A stretch of 64,000 nt of DNA. Source: Candidatus Binatia bacterium (GTDB taxonomy: Bacteria > Desulfobacterota > Binatia > DP-6). The DNA is taken from NCBI GenBank assembly GCA_041496545.1, contig JBGQET010000008.1, positions 7,543 to 71,542 of the forward strand, in the 5' to 3' direction. Of the stretch, positions 27,831 through 36,582 are shown piece by piece. A program made the position numbers and the translations under genes. A model generated the notes under the pieces. That model was given only the letters and a program-made list of their open reading frames with translations, was not told the DNA's origin and searched no databases. How positions within the stretch are numbered: the stretch's first letter is position 1; every line of letters starts with the position of its first letter.

Positions 27831-28349
27831 TCACGGCGCCCCGGGTGGCGGCCCGTGCTCGCCGAGGAGCTGCTCCATCTCGGCGTGCAGCGACTGCATG
27901 CGCTTTCGGATGTCGGCCGCCTTCGTGAGCTGCTCGGGGGTGAGCACGCCGCGGATCTCGAGCGCCACGGCGACCCCCTCCTGCATCAGGTCCTGCCGGA
28001 GCTGGAGGACGCGCTTGGTGGATGGGGCGAGGTCGGCCGCGGCGAGCGGGCCGTTGGCGAGCAGCTTGCCGAGCGTCTCCTCGTTGGCCGTGCGGAGCTG
28101 CCCGGAGAGCTCGTGGAAGCGCTGACGATGCGCCGCCATGATACCCTGCACCTTGGACTGCTGCTCGGCCGACAGGCCGACGCTCCGGATGACGAGCGGC
28201 AGCATGAACATGCCGCCGCCGGGGTCCATCCCCATCTCACCGCCCATCATGCCGCCGCCGCGCATGTGCGGGTGCTCGGCCCGCGCGCCGGCCGCGCAGA
28301 GCGTCAGGGCGAGCGCGCCGGCGACGGGCAGGAACGAACTCGGTCTCAT
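27831..28349 (-). CDS. periplasmic Spy/CpxP/ZraP-like protein with Met/Gly/His-rich N-terminal tract
   Basis: A signal peptide is followed by EHPHMRGGGMMGGEMGMDPGGGMFM. Two LTxxQ-type motifs are present (LSAEQQ, LTPEQL). Confidence 0.7.
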   Translation of the reverse strand: MRPSSFLPVAGALALTLCAAGARAEHPHMRGGGMMGGEMGMDPGGGMFMLPLVIRSVGLSAEQQSKVQGIMAAHRQRFHELSGQLRTANEETLGKLLANGPLAAADLAPSTKRVLQLRQDLMQEGVAVALEIRGVLTPEQLTKAADIRKRMQSLHAEMEQLLGEHGPPPGAP

Positions 28350-28374
28350 CGCAAGGCCTCCTCTCGATTCGTCG

Positions 28375-28845
28375 TCACTGGCACCGCGGGTCCCACCCGC
28401 CGCGCTCGGTCTCGCACGGCGACTCGCCGCTCAGTGCCGCTTCCAGATAGACCCCGTCGGAGTCCGGAGCCGGCGCGCTCTCGGCCTCGGGCGCGAACAG
28501 CACGCGGGACATCAGATAGAGTCCCTGCGGGTCGCTGGTGTCCTCGGCGAGCGCCGCCGGACGGCGGGACGGATCGCCCGGCACGCCGCGCCACACGAGC
28601 GCCAGCACGAGGCCCACGGCGAGCGCGGCGGCGATTGACCACGGGCGGAGCGTCGCCTCCCGTCCCGCCGCGCGCGCGGGCAGCGGGCCCTCCTCGAGGA
28701 CGCGCGCCGCGAGGGCCGAGGCGCGCGTCATGTCCTCGTACCGCGCCGCGCAGCGCGGGCACGCGCCGAGGTGGGCGCGCTCGGCGGCGCTGCCCTCTCC
28801 CTCGGAGAGCAGGAACAGGGTTCGCTCGCGCAGACAGCCGTTCAT
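28375..28845 (-). CDS. zf-HC2 anti-sigma factor
   Basis: HLGACPRC (H-x3-C-x2-C), a single TM segment WSIAAALAVGLVLALVW, and a start that overlaps the sigma gene stop as ATGA. Confidence 0.75.
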   Translation of the reverse strand: MNGCLRERTLFLLSEGEGSAAERAHLGACPRCAARYEDMTRASALAARVLEEGPLPARAAGREATLRPWSIAAALAVGLVLALVWRGVPGDPSRRPAALAEDTSDPQGLYLMSRVLFAPEAESAPAPDSDGVYLEAALSGESPCETERGGWDPRCQ

Positions 28846-29402
28846 CGAAGCGCTCCGAGCGCCTTGCGGAAGGCGCGGTTGGCCCGGAAGAGATGCAGCT
28901 TCACGGAGCCGGTGGTGATGCCGAGCAGGTCGGCGACCTCCTGCGTGGACCAGCCCTCGACGTGGCGGAGGGCGAAGACCTCGCGCTGCCGCAGCGAGAG
29001 GCGATGGTAGGCGGCGACGAGACCTGCGCGCTGCTGGCGGGAGACGGCGTCCTCTTCCGGGGTCGCGTCGGGGCTCGGGAAGTCGGCTTCGCGGAAGTCG
29101 TCGACCGCCGCCGACCACCACCACCGCCGCCAGAGCGAGCGTCGCCGCCGGTGGCAGGCGTTGACCGCGACGCGCGTCAGCCAGGCCCCCCAGGAGTCGG
29201 GGTGCTCCGGGGTGCGCCATCGCTCGAGCAGCTTGAGGAGGACCTCCTGCGTCACGTCCTCGGCTTCGTCGGCGTCGCCCAGCAGGAGGCGACAGAGGCG
29301 CCGGACGCGCGCGCGGTGGGTTCGGTAGAGGTCGTCGTAGCCCGCCGGCGCGGCCGCGGCGTCTCGATCGCCTCTGCGGTGCTGCTCGGTCGCCAGAGCC
29401 AC
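28842..29402 (-). CDS. ECF (sigma-70 group IV) RNA polymerase sigma factor
   Basis: Region 2 is EDVTQEVLLKLL...WLTRVAVNACHRRRR. Region 4 is LSLRQREVFALRHVEGWSTQEVADLLGITTGSVKLHLFRA. GTG start at 29402. Confidence 0.88.
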   Translation of the reverse strand: MALATEQHRRGDRDAAAAPAGYDDLYRTHRARVRRLCRLLLGDADEAEDVTQEVLLKLLERWRTPEHPDSWGAWLTRVAVNACHRRRRSLWRRWWWSAAVDDFREADFPSPDATPEEDAVSRQQRAGLVAAYHRLSLRQREVFALRHVEGWSTQEVADLLGITTGSVKLHLFRANRAFRKALGALR

Positions 29403-29449
29403 GTACCCTCGCGCAGGTGGACGCACCGGAAGCTCGACGCCGCCGAGTA

Positions 29450-29881
29450 TCACACGCCGTGTCCGCGAAGCCCATGGGCCGCCACGCGCGCCGTCGCGTC
29501 CTCGACCGGCGGCCGCGGGCCGCGGCGCCGGAGGCGGATCGTGACCGGGCGGGCGCACTCGCGCCGGAACGGGAAGCGCCCGGGCGGCTCCTGCCCGGGC
29601 GCGCGCGCGAGGCGGCCGCGGATGGCGCCCGCGTCCAGGTCGAGGGCGTCGCAGATGCTCTCGAAGGCGAACGGCCACCCGGTGTCGCGGGAGGCGAACC
29701 AGTCCTCGGCGTCCGCCACCGCCCGCGCCCGACGGGTGCCCCGGGCGCGCCGGCGATGCACCGTCGCCAGGGCGTGCTCCAGGACCGCGAGCATCAAGCG
29801 CTTCTCCGCCTGCCAGCCCGGGCGGCGGAAGAATTGCGCCGGCAGCATGGCGGCTGGCTCGAGCTCGGTGGGCTCTCTCAT
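29450..29881 (-). CDS. hypothetical protein upstream of the ECF sigma gene
   Basis: ATG at 29881 is preceded by GGGGAGG. The region KRLMLAVLEHAL...WPFAFESICDALDLDAGAIRGRL looks like a real conserved core. I cannot assign a family. Confidence 0.5.
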   Translation of the reverse strand: MREPTELEPAAMLPAQFFRRPGWQAEKRLMLAVLEHALATVHRRRARGTRRARAVADAEDWFASRDTGWPFAFESICDALDLDAGAIRGRLARAPGQEPPGRFPFRRECARPVTIRLRRRGPRPPVEDATARVAAHGLRGHGV

Positions 29882-30019
29882 CCACGCCTCCCCGGGTACT
29901 AGAGTCCCGGGCTTGGCGTCCGGTTGACAGCCCTCCGGGGGCGCACCTGCGGGGTGCGTTTCCCTTGACGCCTCGTCGCGCGCGTGGGCATGGTCCCGCG
30001 CACGCAAGGGGAGGCTCCC

Positions 30020-31228
30020 ATGCGGGTCGGCGCGCATTCCAACCGTCTGGCGATCTTGATTGCGGCGCTCCTCGCCCCGACAGCGGGGACCGCCCACGCC
30101 GCCGGCGACATCAACTCCACCACCGACGTCTCCGCGTACGCCGTGGGGTGCTTCGAAAAGCTCCGCATCAGCGAGGCGACTCTGAAGGCGGCGAACGGTG
30201 ACGCGGCCGACCTCGACTGCAAGCACGCCAGCGCCTTCAAGCTGAAGACGACGTGGACGAAGAATGCCAACGATCCGGCACCCGCGGACTGCGATCCCAC
30301 CTGCGACCTCGACGTGTGGGCGGCGAACAACCCGAACCCGAACACGCCCTGGCCGGGCACGACCGCCACGCCCCGCACCGCCGCCCCACCACTCTGCGAC
30401 TACCCGGCGTGGCTCGAAGCCCGCCTGCTACGGCAACACCTACGTCCGTCGCTTCGACATGAAGAGCACGAGTAAGGAGAACGTCCAGGCCGTCTTCCTC
30501 TGCCGTCACAAGACCGTCTTCGGGGACAACGGCGACACGACCTTCGACGACATCGCGATGATCGTGCACAACAACACGAACGGGGCCACCTGCTGGTTCC
30601 AGGCGCCGCAGGGCGCGGGCGTCAAGATGGACGGACGCCACGTTCCGTATCCGACCAAGGCGGGCTCGACCTGCGTGCAACCGCCGCCGGGCGACGACAA
30701 GTGCTGGGAGAAGGGGACCTGCGCATGCTGGGACACGCCGGCGACGACGGCCGCCCTGGCCTGCATGTCCTGCCACGACAGCGGGCCCTTGCAGTCCAGC
30801 ATCTGGGGGAAGCAGTGGAAGGCCTCCGGCTGGATGCCGTCGGAACAGTTCACGGGCTTCGCTGAGGCGAGCGAGGTGTACGACACGGCGGCCGAGTTCG
30901 ACGTGAGCTACAAGAAGCACGTCCAGGACCTCGTCGACTGCTGCGCCGATCCCACCAAGAGCAAGTGCTATCGTCGGTCCTGCTCGAGGTGAAGGTGTCG
31001 AAGGCCGCGAGCAAGCTCGTGGGCCAGCTCCTCGTCTGCGAGCTGAAGCAGGCCGCCGGGCGCTTCCCGACCACGGACGGCGAGGCCGCGTGCGAGCGGG
31101 TGGCGGTGGACAAGTTCGAGGTGACCCGGACCGACGGCTGCGACGGCTGCACCGACCTCACCGACGTGGAGTCGGCGGAGCTCGTGCTCCTCGACGACGT
31201 GAACTCCTCCGTCTACTGCGCGGAGTGA
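30020..31228 (+). pseudogene. Cys-rich secreted protein with a CxxCH motif, interrupted by two compensating frameshifts
   Basis: AAGGGGAGG lies upstream of the ATG, and the signal peptide is MRVGAHSNRLAILIAALLAPTAGTAHA. Protein-like sequence moves from the frame of 29984 to the frame of 30264 near 30415-30425, then back to the first frame near 30965-30970. CMSCH lies in the middle segment. Confidence 0.55.
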
Positions 31229-31299
31229 CGACGCCCCGCTAGCCTGCGGCCCCGCGCGCTTCGACCCGGGCGCGGAGTGCGCTATACAGCGGGTGAGGT

Positions 31300-34200
31300 A
31301 TGCGGCGAGGGGGTGGGGCGGGCCCGTGGAGCGCCGGCGGACGGGCCCTCGCCGTCGTCCTCCTTGCCGCCGCACCCGCCGTCGCCGCCGCACCCGCCGT
31401 CGCCGCCGAGCCTGCCGGCCCGACGCTCGCCCGCGCGACGCTGCCCGCGCGCGGACGCCAGGAGACCACCCTCGGCGTCACCGCCTTCGGCCGCTACGCG
31501 ATCACGGTGACGAGCCCGCAGGGCACGGCCCTCCAGCTCGTCGACCGCGTCGCGGGCCCGGGCGAGGTGCGCGGCGCCGCCGGCAAGACGGACGGGCGGG
31601 TGGATGCCTTCCTCGAGCAGGGCGAGTACAAGATCGTCACCTGGGCGCACGACAAGGGCTCGGGCGACGCCGCCCTCAAGGTGCGCGCCTTCACCGAGCG
31701 CAGCACGCCCCAGCCGTGGGTGCTGGTCGAGACGAAGCCCGTCGAGACCACGCTCGACGACTTCGAGCAGCGCTCGTGGTGGCTCGACGTCCGCCAGCGC
31801 CGCCAGGTCGTCCTCGAGGCGGTCGGCCGGAACCTCGCCGACCTGCGCTTGTGGACGAACGGGAGCTGGCTGGTCGACGCCGAGCCGACGCGCGAAGTGG
31901 TGACCCCGGTGCCCGGCCGGCCGGTCGCCGTCTGCCGGCTCGTCACCGACCTCGACCCGGGCGTCTACCTGCTGACCGCCTACGGCGGCGCTTCGCAGCC
32001 GCAAGCCGAGGAGAGCGGCGAGCATCCGCTCCACCTCCGCTTCGGCATCCCGTGGCTCGGCGCGGTCGGCCGCCGGCGCTTCGTCACGGGCCCCTTCGGC
32101 GTCGACCGCTGGCGCGTCCCTGGCGACGCGACGTACTTCCGCCTGGAGCTACCCGAAGCGCGCCCCGCCACGCTCCGCGTCGGGATCGACGCGACCAGGC
32201 CGCTCGACGCCGGCGGCTCCGCCGCGACGATCGGCAAGAACGCCCTCGTCCCCGCCGTCGAGCTGACGTTGCCCGCCGGCGCCGACCGATTCGTCAGCAT
32301 CGTCGCGGCGGCGGGACAACCCTACGTCCTCCAGCAGTTCGACCGCGGCAGGTCGTACCCCTGCGGCGGGCAGTACTGGACGCTGCCCCGCACGGGCAAG
32401 TACTGGGTCTCCAGCGTCCACGCCGGCGACCCGAGCGACTCGGTCGACGCGACCGGCGTCCTGACGCGGACGAGGTTCCAACCCCGTCCCGGCGCGCCGC
32501 TCACCGAACCGGCGCTCCGCACCCGCGTGGTCCAGCTCGGGCCCGGGGTGCCGTGGGTCCGCCGCGCCAACCTGCTCGACCCGCTGACCGTCTTCCTGCG
32601 CGTGCGGACGACGGGCAAGTACGTCGTCGCGGCCCGCGGCGTCGAGGCGCGCTTCCGCATCGAGCCGTTCCTCGTCTCCATTCCGTTGCACTACGAGTCG
32701 CCGCCGCTGCGGCCGGCGCCATCCACCTGGGACCTGAACGCGGGCTACTACGTGCTGCGCGCAGAGCCGGTGCAGAAGGGCATCGTCGACCTCGCGCTCC
32801 ACCTCGAGGGCGAGGGGACCGACGACGCGCTCCTCGCCACCCTGCGCGCGGCGGGGGGCGGCACGCCGCTCCAGCCGGTGGCGCAGTTCCAGCGCGTCAA
32901 GGTGGAGCCCGAGACGCTCTACACCTTCTATCTCAACCAGCAGCCGCAGGTGCAGGCGGGACTCGTGCTCCGCGCCCTGCCGCTCGACCTGCGCGAGCCG
33001 CTGCCGGTGACGCAGCGCCCGGGCGAGTCGCTCGCGCTCCGCTTTCGCCAGCGCGAGGAGGGGACGCTCAGCGCGGAATCGGAGGACGGCTCGCAGCTCG
33101 AGGTCGCGGTCGACGGCGGTCCGGCGCAACCGGCGCAGCGGGTCGGGCCCGGCCTCCACCGCCTCCTAGTGCACGCGCCCGCGGACCGCATGGTGAGCTA
33201 CGCGCTCGCGGTCGCGCCCGCCCGCCTCGCGGCCGCGACGCCGCTGCCGCCGCTCCCCGACCCGTCGCGCGCGACGCCGCCCGAGCTGCCGCTGCTGACC
33301 GACAAGAGCCCGCGCTTCTTCGACCTCGTGCGGAACGCCGACACGACCTTCCTGGTGCACGCCGACGCGCCCGCGCTCTACCGGCTCGAGTCGACGGGGT
33401 TGCTCGCCACCGAGGGCCGGCTCCGCACGCGCACCGTCACGGCCTTCGACCGCGCGGCGACGAACGGCGTGGGGCGGAACTTCTTCATCCAGCAGTACCT
33501 GCATGCCGGCGACTACCAGATCACGGTCGCGACCCAGGGCGCGTCGCGCGGCCACCTCGGGCTCACGCTCGCGCGCACCGAGCCGCTCGACGGCGGCGCG
33601 CTCTCCGAGGGTGGGCCGGCGCGCCGCGCGCTCGGCGCGGGCGAGGCGATCGTCTACCGCTTCACGATCCCCGAGGCGGGCGACTACCGCGTGCGGTCGA
33701 TCGGCGCCGGCACGACCTTCCGCGGCCGGCTGGAGGACGCCGGCGGCTGGCCGATCGAGAAGCCGAACGTGCCCGCCGACCTCACCCGGCGCTTCGCGCC
33801 GGGGACGTACCGGCTCGTCTCGCTCCCAGAGCCGGTGGCCACCCGCCGCGTGACGCTCTTCGAGCGCGTGCGCCCGCCGCTCGCCTTCGAGGGCCACGGC
33901 CCGCACGCGCTGCCGCTCGCGGTCGCGGTGTCGCACGTGTGGACGGAGCCGGCGGCGGGCGAAGCGCGCGTCCCCGACGGCTGGCTCTTCGCGCTCCCGG
34001 CGCCCGCCGCAGTGCGCGTCGACCTGGGCGGCGAGATGCAGGGCACGGTGCTCCGGCTCGACGGCGACGGCGCGCCGGCGGCGGCGGCGACGGTGCCGCC
34101 GAGCCGCGGGTGGAGCGGGAAGCTCGACGCCGGCCGCTACCGCCTGGACGCGGTGAGCGCGCGTCCGAACAACCGCGCGCCGTACCAGGTCGCGGTGTGG

Positions 34201-36582
34201 CCCGAGGAGCTGGTGGCGGGGCTGGATCGCGAGCTGAGCGCGCCGGTGAGCATTCCCGTCTCCGTCGGCCGCGAAGGCCTGGTCGCGCTCAGCTCCTTCG
34301 GCGCGGCGGACGTTCGCGCGCGGCTCTACGACGCCGAGGAACGTCTGGTGGCGGCGAACGACGACGGCGCCGACGACTGGAACTTCCAGCTCCAGACGCG
34401 GCTCCGGCCCGGCGTGTACCGGCTCCACGTGGACCCGGTCGGCGCGGAGTCGGCGACGACCGTCGTCTCGATGCGCGCCCCGGAGGAGTCCGCACGCCCC
34501 GCGCTCCAGCTCCCGGTGCAGCAGGACGTCGCGCTCGCCGACACCGTGCAGCTCTTCCCGCTCGAGCCCGCGGCCGGCGCCGAGCTGCTGGTGGTGTCGG
34601 CGGCGGCGCCGGAGAGCGTCGGCGCCGCGCTCGAGAGCGCGGGCGCCGACGGCGAGTTCCGCACCGTCGGCTCGGCCGTCGGACGCGTCGCGCGGCTCGC
34701 CGTGCCGCTCGGCGCCGGGGCGCGCTACCGCCTGCGTCTGTGGTCCGTCGACGGCCGCGACACCAAGTTGAAGCTCGCCGCCGCCGCCGTCACGCCGCCG
34801 CGCGCGACGGAGCGCCAGCTCGCGGACGGGCTCGCGCTCACCCCGGTCGCCAAGCTCGTGCCGCCGGCGGGCGTGGCCGCGGTGCAGCTCGATCGTCCCG
34901 GCGTCTTCCGTCTGGAAGCCGGCGGCGTGCGCGCGTCAGCGACGCCCGGGGTGGTGTGCGCGGAGCCGTCGGGGGGCGTGGTCGCGGCCGGCGGCACGGT
35001 CCTCTGGCTGGTCGGCGACCTCGCCAAGGCGGCGGCCGCGCGACGGGTGGCGGCGGCGCGCGTGCTGCTCGCCGGTGACGGCGCGACCCGCGTGCAGCTC
35101 CCGGTGGACGCCGAGCGGCCGGCGGTCTGCGACCTCGCGAAGCCTGCCGGCGGCCCGCTCCTCGCGCTCGCGACCTCGCTCGGCGAGCAGCCGTCGCTCA
35201 GCGTGATCGAGCGCGCGGAGGCGGGCGCGCCGCGGCCGGCGGTCGCCGGCATGGCGGTCGGTACGCGCGCGGCGGCGGCGGTGGCGCTCGGGGCGAAGGA
35301 GCCGGCGGTCGCGGTGTGGGCGACGCCCGAGCCCGGGCGGCGCGCGCAGGTGACGCTCGAGCAGTGGAGCTTCCCGCCGCCGCCGCCGGCGCCGGCGCCC
35401 GCCGCGGCGTGGGACGACGCGCTCGCCGGCACGCTGGCGCGCGCCTTCGACCTGCCCGCGGGGCCGAAGCGCGTCCGGCTCGCGCTCGAGGGACGGACGG
35501 TCGCCGCGCTCGCCGAGGGCGAGCGCGTGACGAGCGTCCACTGGAACGGCGACGAGCCGTTCGAGGAGACGCTGGAGACGACCGCCACGCGCCTCGTCAT
35601 CCTGCACGCCCGCGCCGCCGAGGACCGCGTCCACGTCGAGTGGCTGCCGCTCGGCGCGAAGGACGCAGCGCCGCCGCTCGCGCCGGGCGCGCCGTGGGAG
35701 CGTGCCGAGCTGCGCGCCGGCACGACGCGCCTCGCCGTCGCGCCGGGGCAGGGCGCGCCGGGGCGGCCGTGGGCGCTCCACGTCCGCGGCCCCGGCACGG
35801 CGCCGGTGCTGCTGCGCGCCGACGGCGGCGTCGCCCGCGGTCGCGACCTGCCGCTCCCCGACTCGGGCGGCGTGCTGCTCGTCGGACACGCCCCCGGGCT
35901 CGTCCTCGCCTGGGTCGACCGCCCCGGCGAGGAAGCGGGCGACGTGTGGGGTCGCATGACGCTCCCGGCGGAGACCGCCGTCGCGCCGCCCGCGGTCGTG
36001 CCGCTCGGCGGCGCGGTGCAGGTGCTCGGCGTGAAGCCCGCGGTGCCGGTCATGCTCCACTTCCGCACCGCGACGCCGGTGGTCACCTGGCTCCGCCGCG
36101 GCGGGGGCGCGCCGGAGGTGGACGTGCACCCGGCCGGCGCGGTGCTCGACGCGTACCTCGGCGCGGAGCCCGCGCGGCTCGGGCTGCGCGCCGTCGGCGG
36201 CGGCGCGCTCTGGGGGACGGCCGAGGTCACCGTCTCGCCCGTGACGCCGATCGGCGAGGGCCTGGGGCCCGAGCGCTTGCTGCCGGCCGGTACGACCGCG
36301 CTCTTCTCGTTCACCGTGCCGCACGACGGGCCGATCGGGGTCGGCGTGCGCGCCACGCCGGACGTGGTCGAGCTTGCGCTGCTCGACGAGCACGGCATGC
36401 GGCTCGGCGCCGGCGTGGTGCAGATGCGCGAGGTGAAAGCCGGCGTCTACCTGCTCGCGCTGCGCGTCCCGCCCGAGGCGGGACCGGTGACCGCGCGGCC
36501 GGCGCTGGCGGGTGTCCAGCTCCCGAGCACCGGGCCGCCGGAGGACGTGGTGCGCCAGTACATGACCGGGGCGGCTCCGTGA
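31300..36582 (+). CDS. 1760-aa secreted repeat protein (PPC/pre-peptidase-C-terminal-like beta-sandwich modules)
   Basis: GGGTGAGG lies upstream of the ATG and a signal peptide is present. G-x-Y-x-hydrophobic strand motifs recur (GEYKIVTW, GVYLLTAY, GDYQITVA, GDYRVRSI, GTYRLVSL, GRYRLDAV, GVYRLHVD, GVYLLALR). One clear module reads LYDAEERLVAANDDGADDWNFQLQTRLRPGVYRLHVDP. Confidence 0.8.
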   Translation: MRRGGGAGPWSAGGRALAVVLLAAAPAVAAAPAVAAEPAGPTLARATLPARGRQETTLGVTAFGRYAITVTSPQGTALQLVDRVAGPGEVRGAAGKTDGRVDAFLEQGEYKIVTWAHDKGSGDAALKVRAFTERSTPQPWVLVETKPVETTLDDFEQRSWWLDVRQRRQVVLEAVGRNLADLRLWTNGSWLVDAEPTREVVTPVPGRPVAVCRLVTDLDPGVYLLTAYGGASQPQAEESGEHPLHLRFGIPWLGAVGRRRFVTGPFGVDRWRVPGDATYFRLELPEARPATLRVGIDATRPLDAGGSAATIGKNALVPAVELTLPAGADRFVSIVAAAGQPYVLQQFDRGRSYPCGGQYWTLPRTGKYWVSSVHAGDPSDSVDATGVLTRTRFQPRPGAPLTEPALRTRVVQLGPGVPWVRRANLLDPLTVFLRVRTTGKYVVAARGVEARFRIEPFLVSIPLHYESPPLRPAPSTWDLNAGYYVLRAEPVQKGIVDLALHLEGEGTDDALLATLRAAGGGTPLQPVAQFQRVKVEPETLYTFYLNQQPQVQAGLVLRALPLDLREPLPVTQRPGESLALRFRQREEGTLSAESEDGSQLEVAVDGGPAQPAQRVGPGLHRLLVHAPADRMVSYALAVAPARLAAATPLPPLPDPSRATPPELPLLTDKSPRFFDLVRNADTTFLVHADAPALYRLESTGLLATEGRLRTRTVTAFDRAATNGVGRNFFIQQYLHAGDYQITVATQGASRGHLGLTLARTEPLDGGALSEGGPARRALGAGEAIVYRFTIPEAGDYRVRSIGAGTTFRGRLEDAGGWPIEKPNVPADLTRRFAPGTYRLVSLPEPVATRRVTLFERVRPPLAFEGHGPHALPLAVAVSHVWTEPAAGEARVPDGWLFALPAPAAVRVDLGGEMQGTVLRLDGDGAPAAAATVPPSRGWSGKLDAGRYRLDAVSARPNNRAPYQVAVWPEELVAGLDRELSAPVSIPVSVGREGLVALSSFGAADVRARLYDAEERLVAANDDGADDWNFQLQTRLRPGVYRLHVDPVGAESATTVVSMRAPEESARPALQLPVQQDVALADTVQLFPLEPAAGAELLVVSAAAPESVGAALESAGADGEFRTVGSAVGRVARLAVPLGAGARYRLRLWSVDGRDTKLKLAAAAVTPPRATERQLADGLALTPVAKLVPPAGVAAVQLDRPGVFRLEAGGVRASATPGVVCAEPSGGVVAAGGTVLWLVGDLAKAAAARRVAAARVLLAGDGATRVQLPVDAERPAVCDLAKPAGGPLLALATSLGEQPSLSVIERAEAGAPRPAVAGMAVGTRAAAAVALGAKEPAVAVWATPEPGRRAQVTLEQWSFPPPPPAPAPAAAWDDALAGTLARAFDLPAGPKRVRLALEGRTVAALAEGERVTSVHWNGDEPFEETLETTATRLVILHARAAEDRVHVEWLPLGAKDAAPPLAPGAPWERAELRAGTTRLAVAPGQGAPGRPWALHVRGPGTAPVLLRADGGVARGRDLPLPDSGGVLLVGHAPGLVLAWVDRPGEEAGDVWGRMTLPAETAVAPPAVVPLGGAVQVLGVKPAVPVMLHFRTATPVVTWLRRGGGAPEVDVHPAGAVLDAYLGAEPARLGLRAVGGGALWGTAEVTVSPVTPIGEGLGPERLLPAGTTALFSFTVPHDGPIGVGVRATPDVVELALLDEHGMRLGAGVVQMREVKAGVYLLALRVPPEAGPVTARPALAGVQLPSTGPPEDVVRQYMTGAAP
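31366..31409 (+). repeat. 18-bp tandem duplication (2.4 copies) inside the signal-peptide coding region
   Basis: GCCGCCGCACCCGCCGTC occurs at 31366-83 and 31384-401, with a partial third copy at 31402-09. It encodes [15 protein letters not shown]. Confidence 0.85.
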
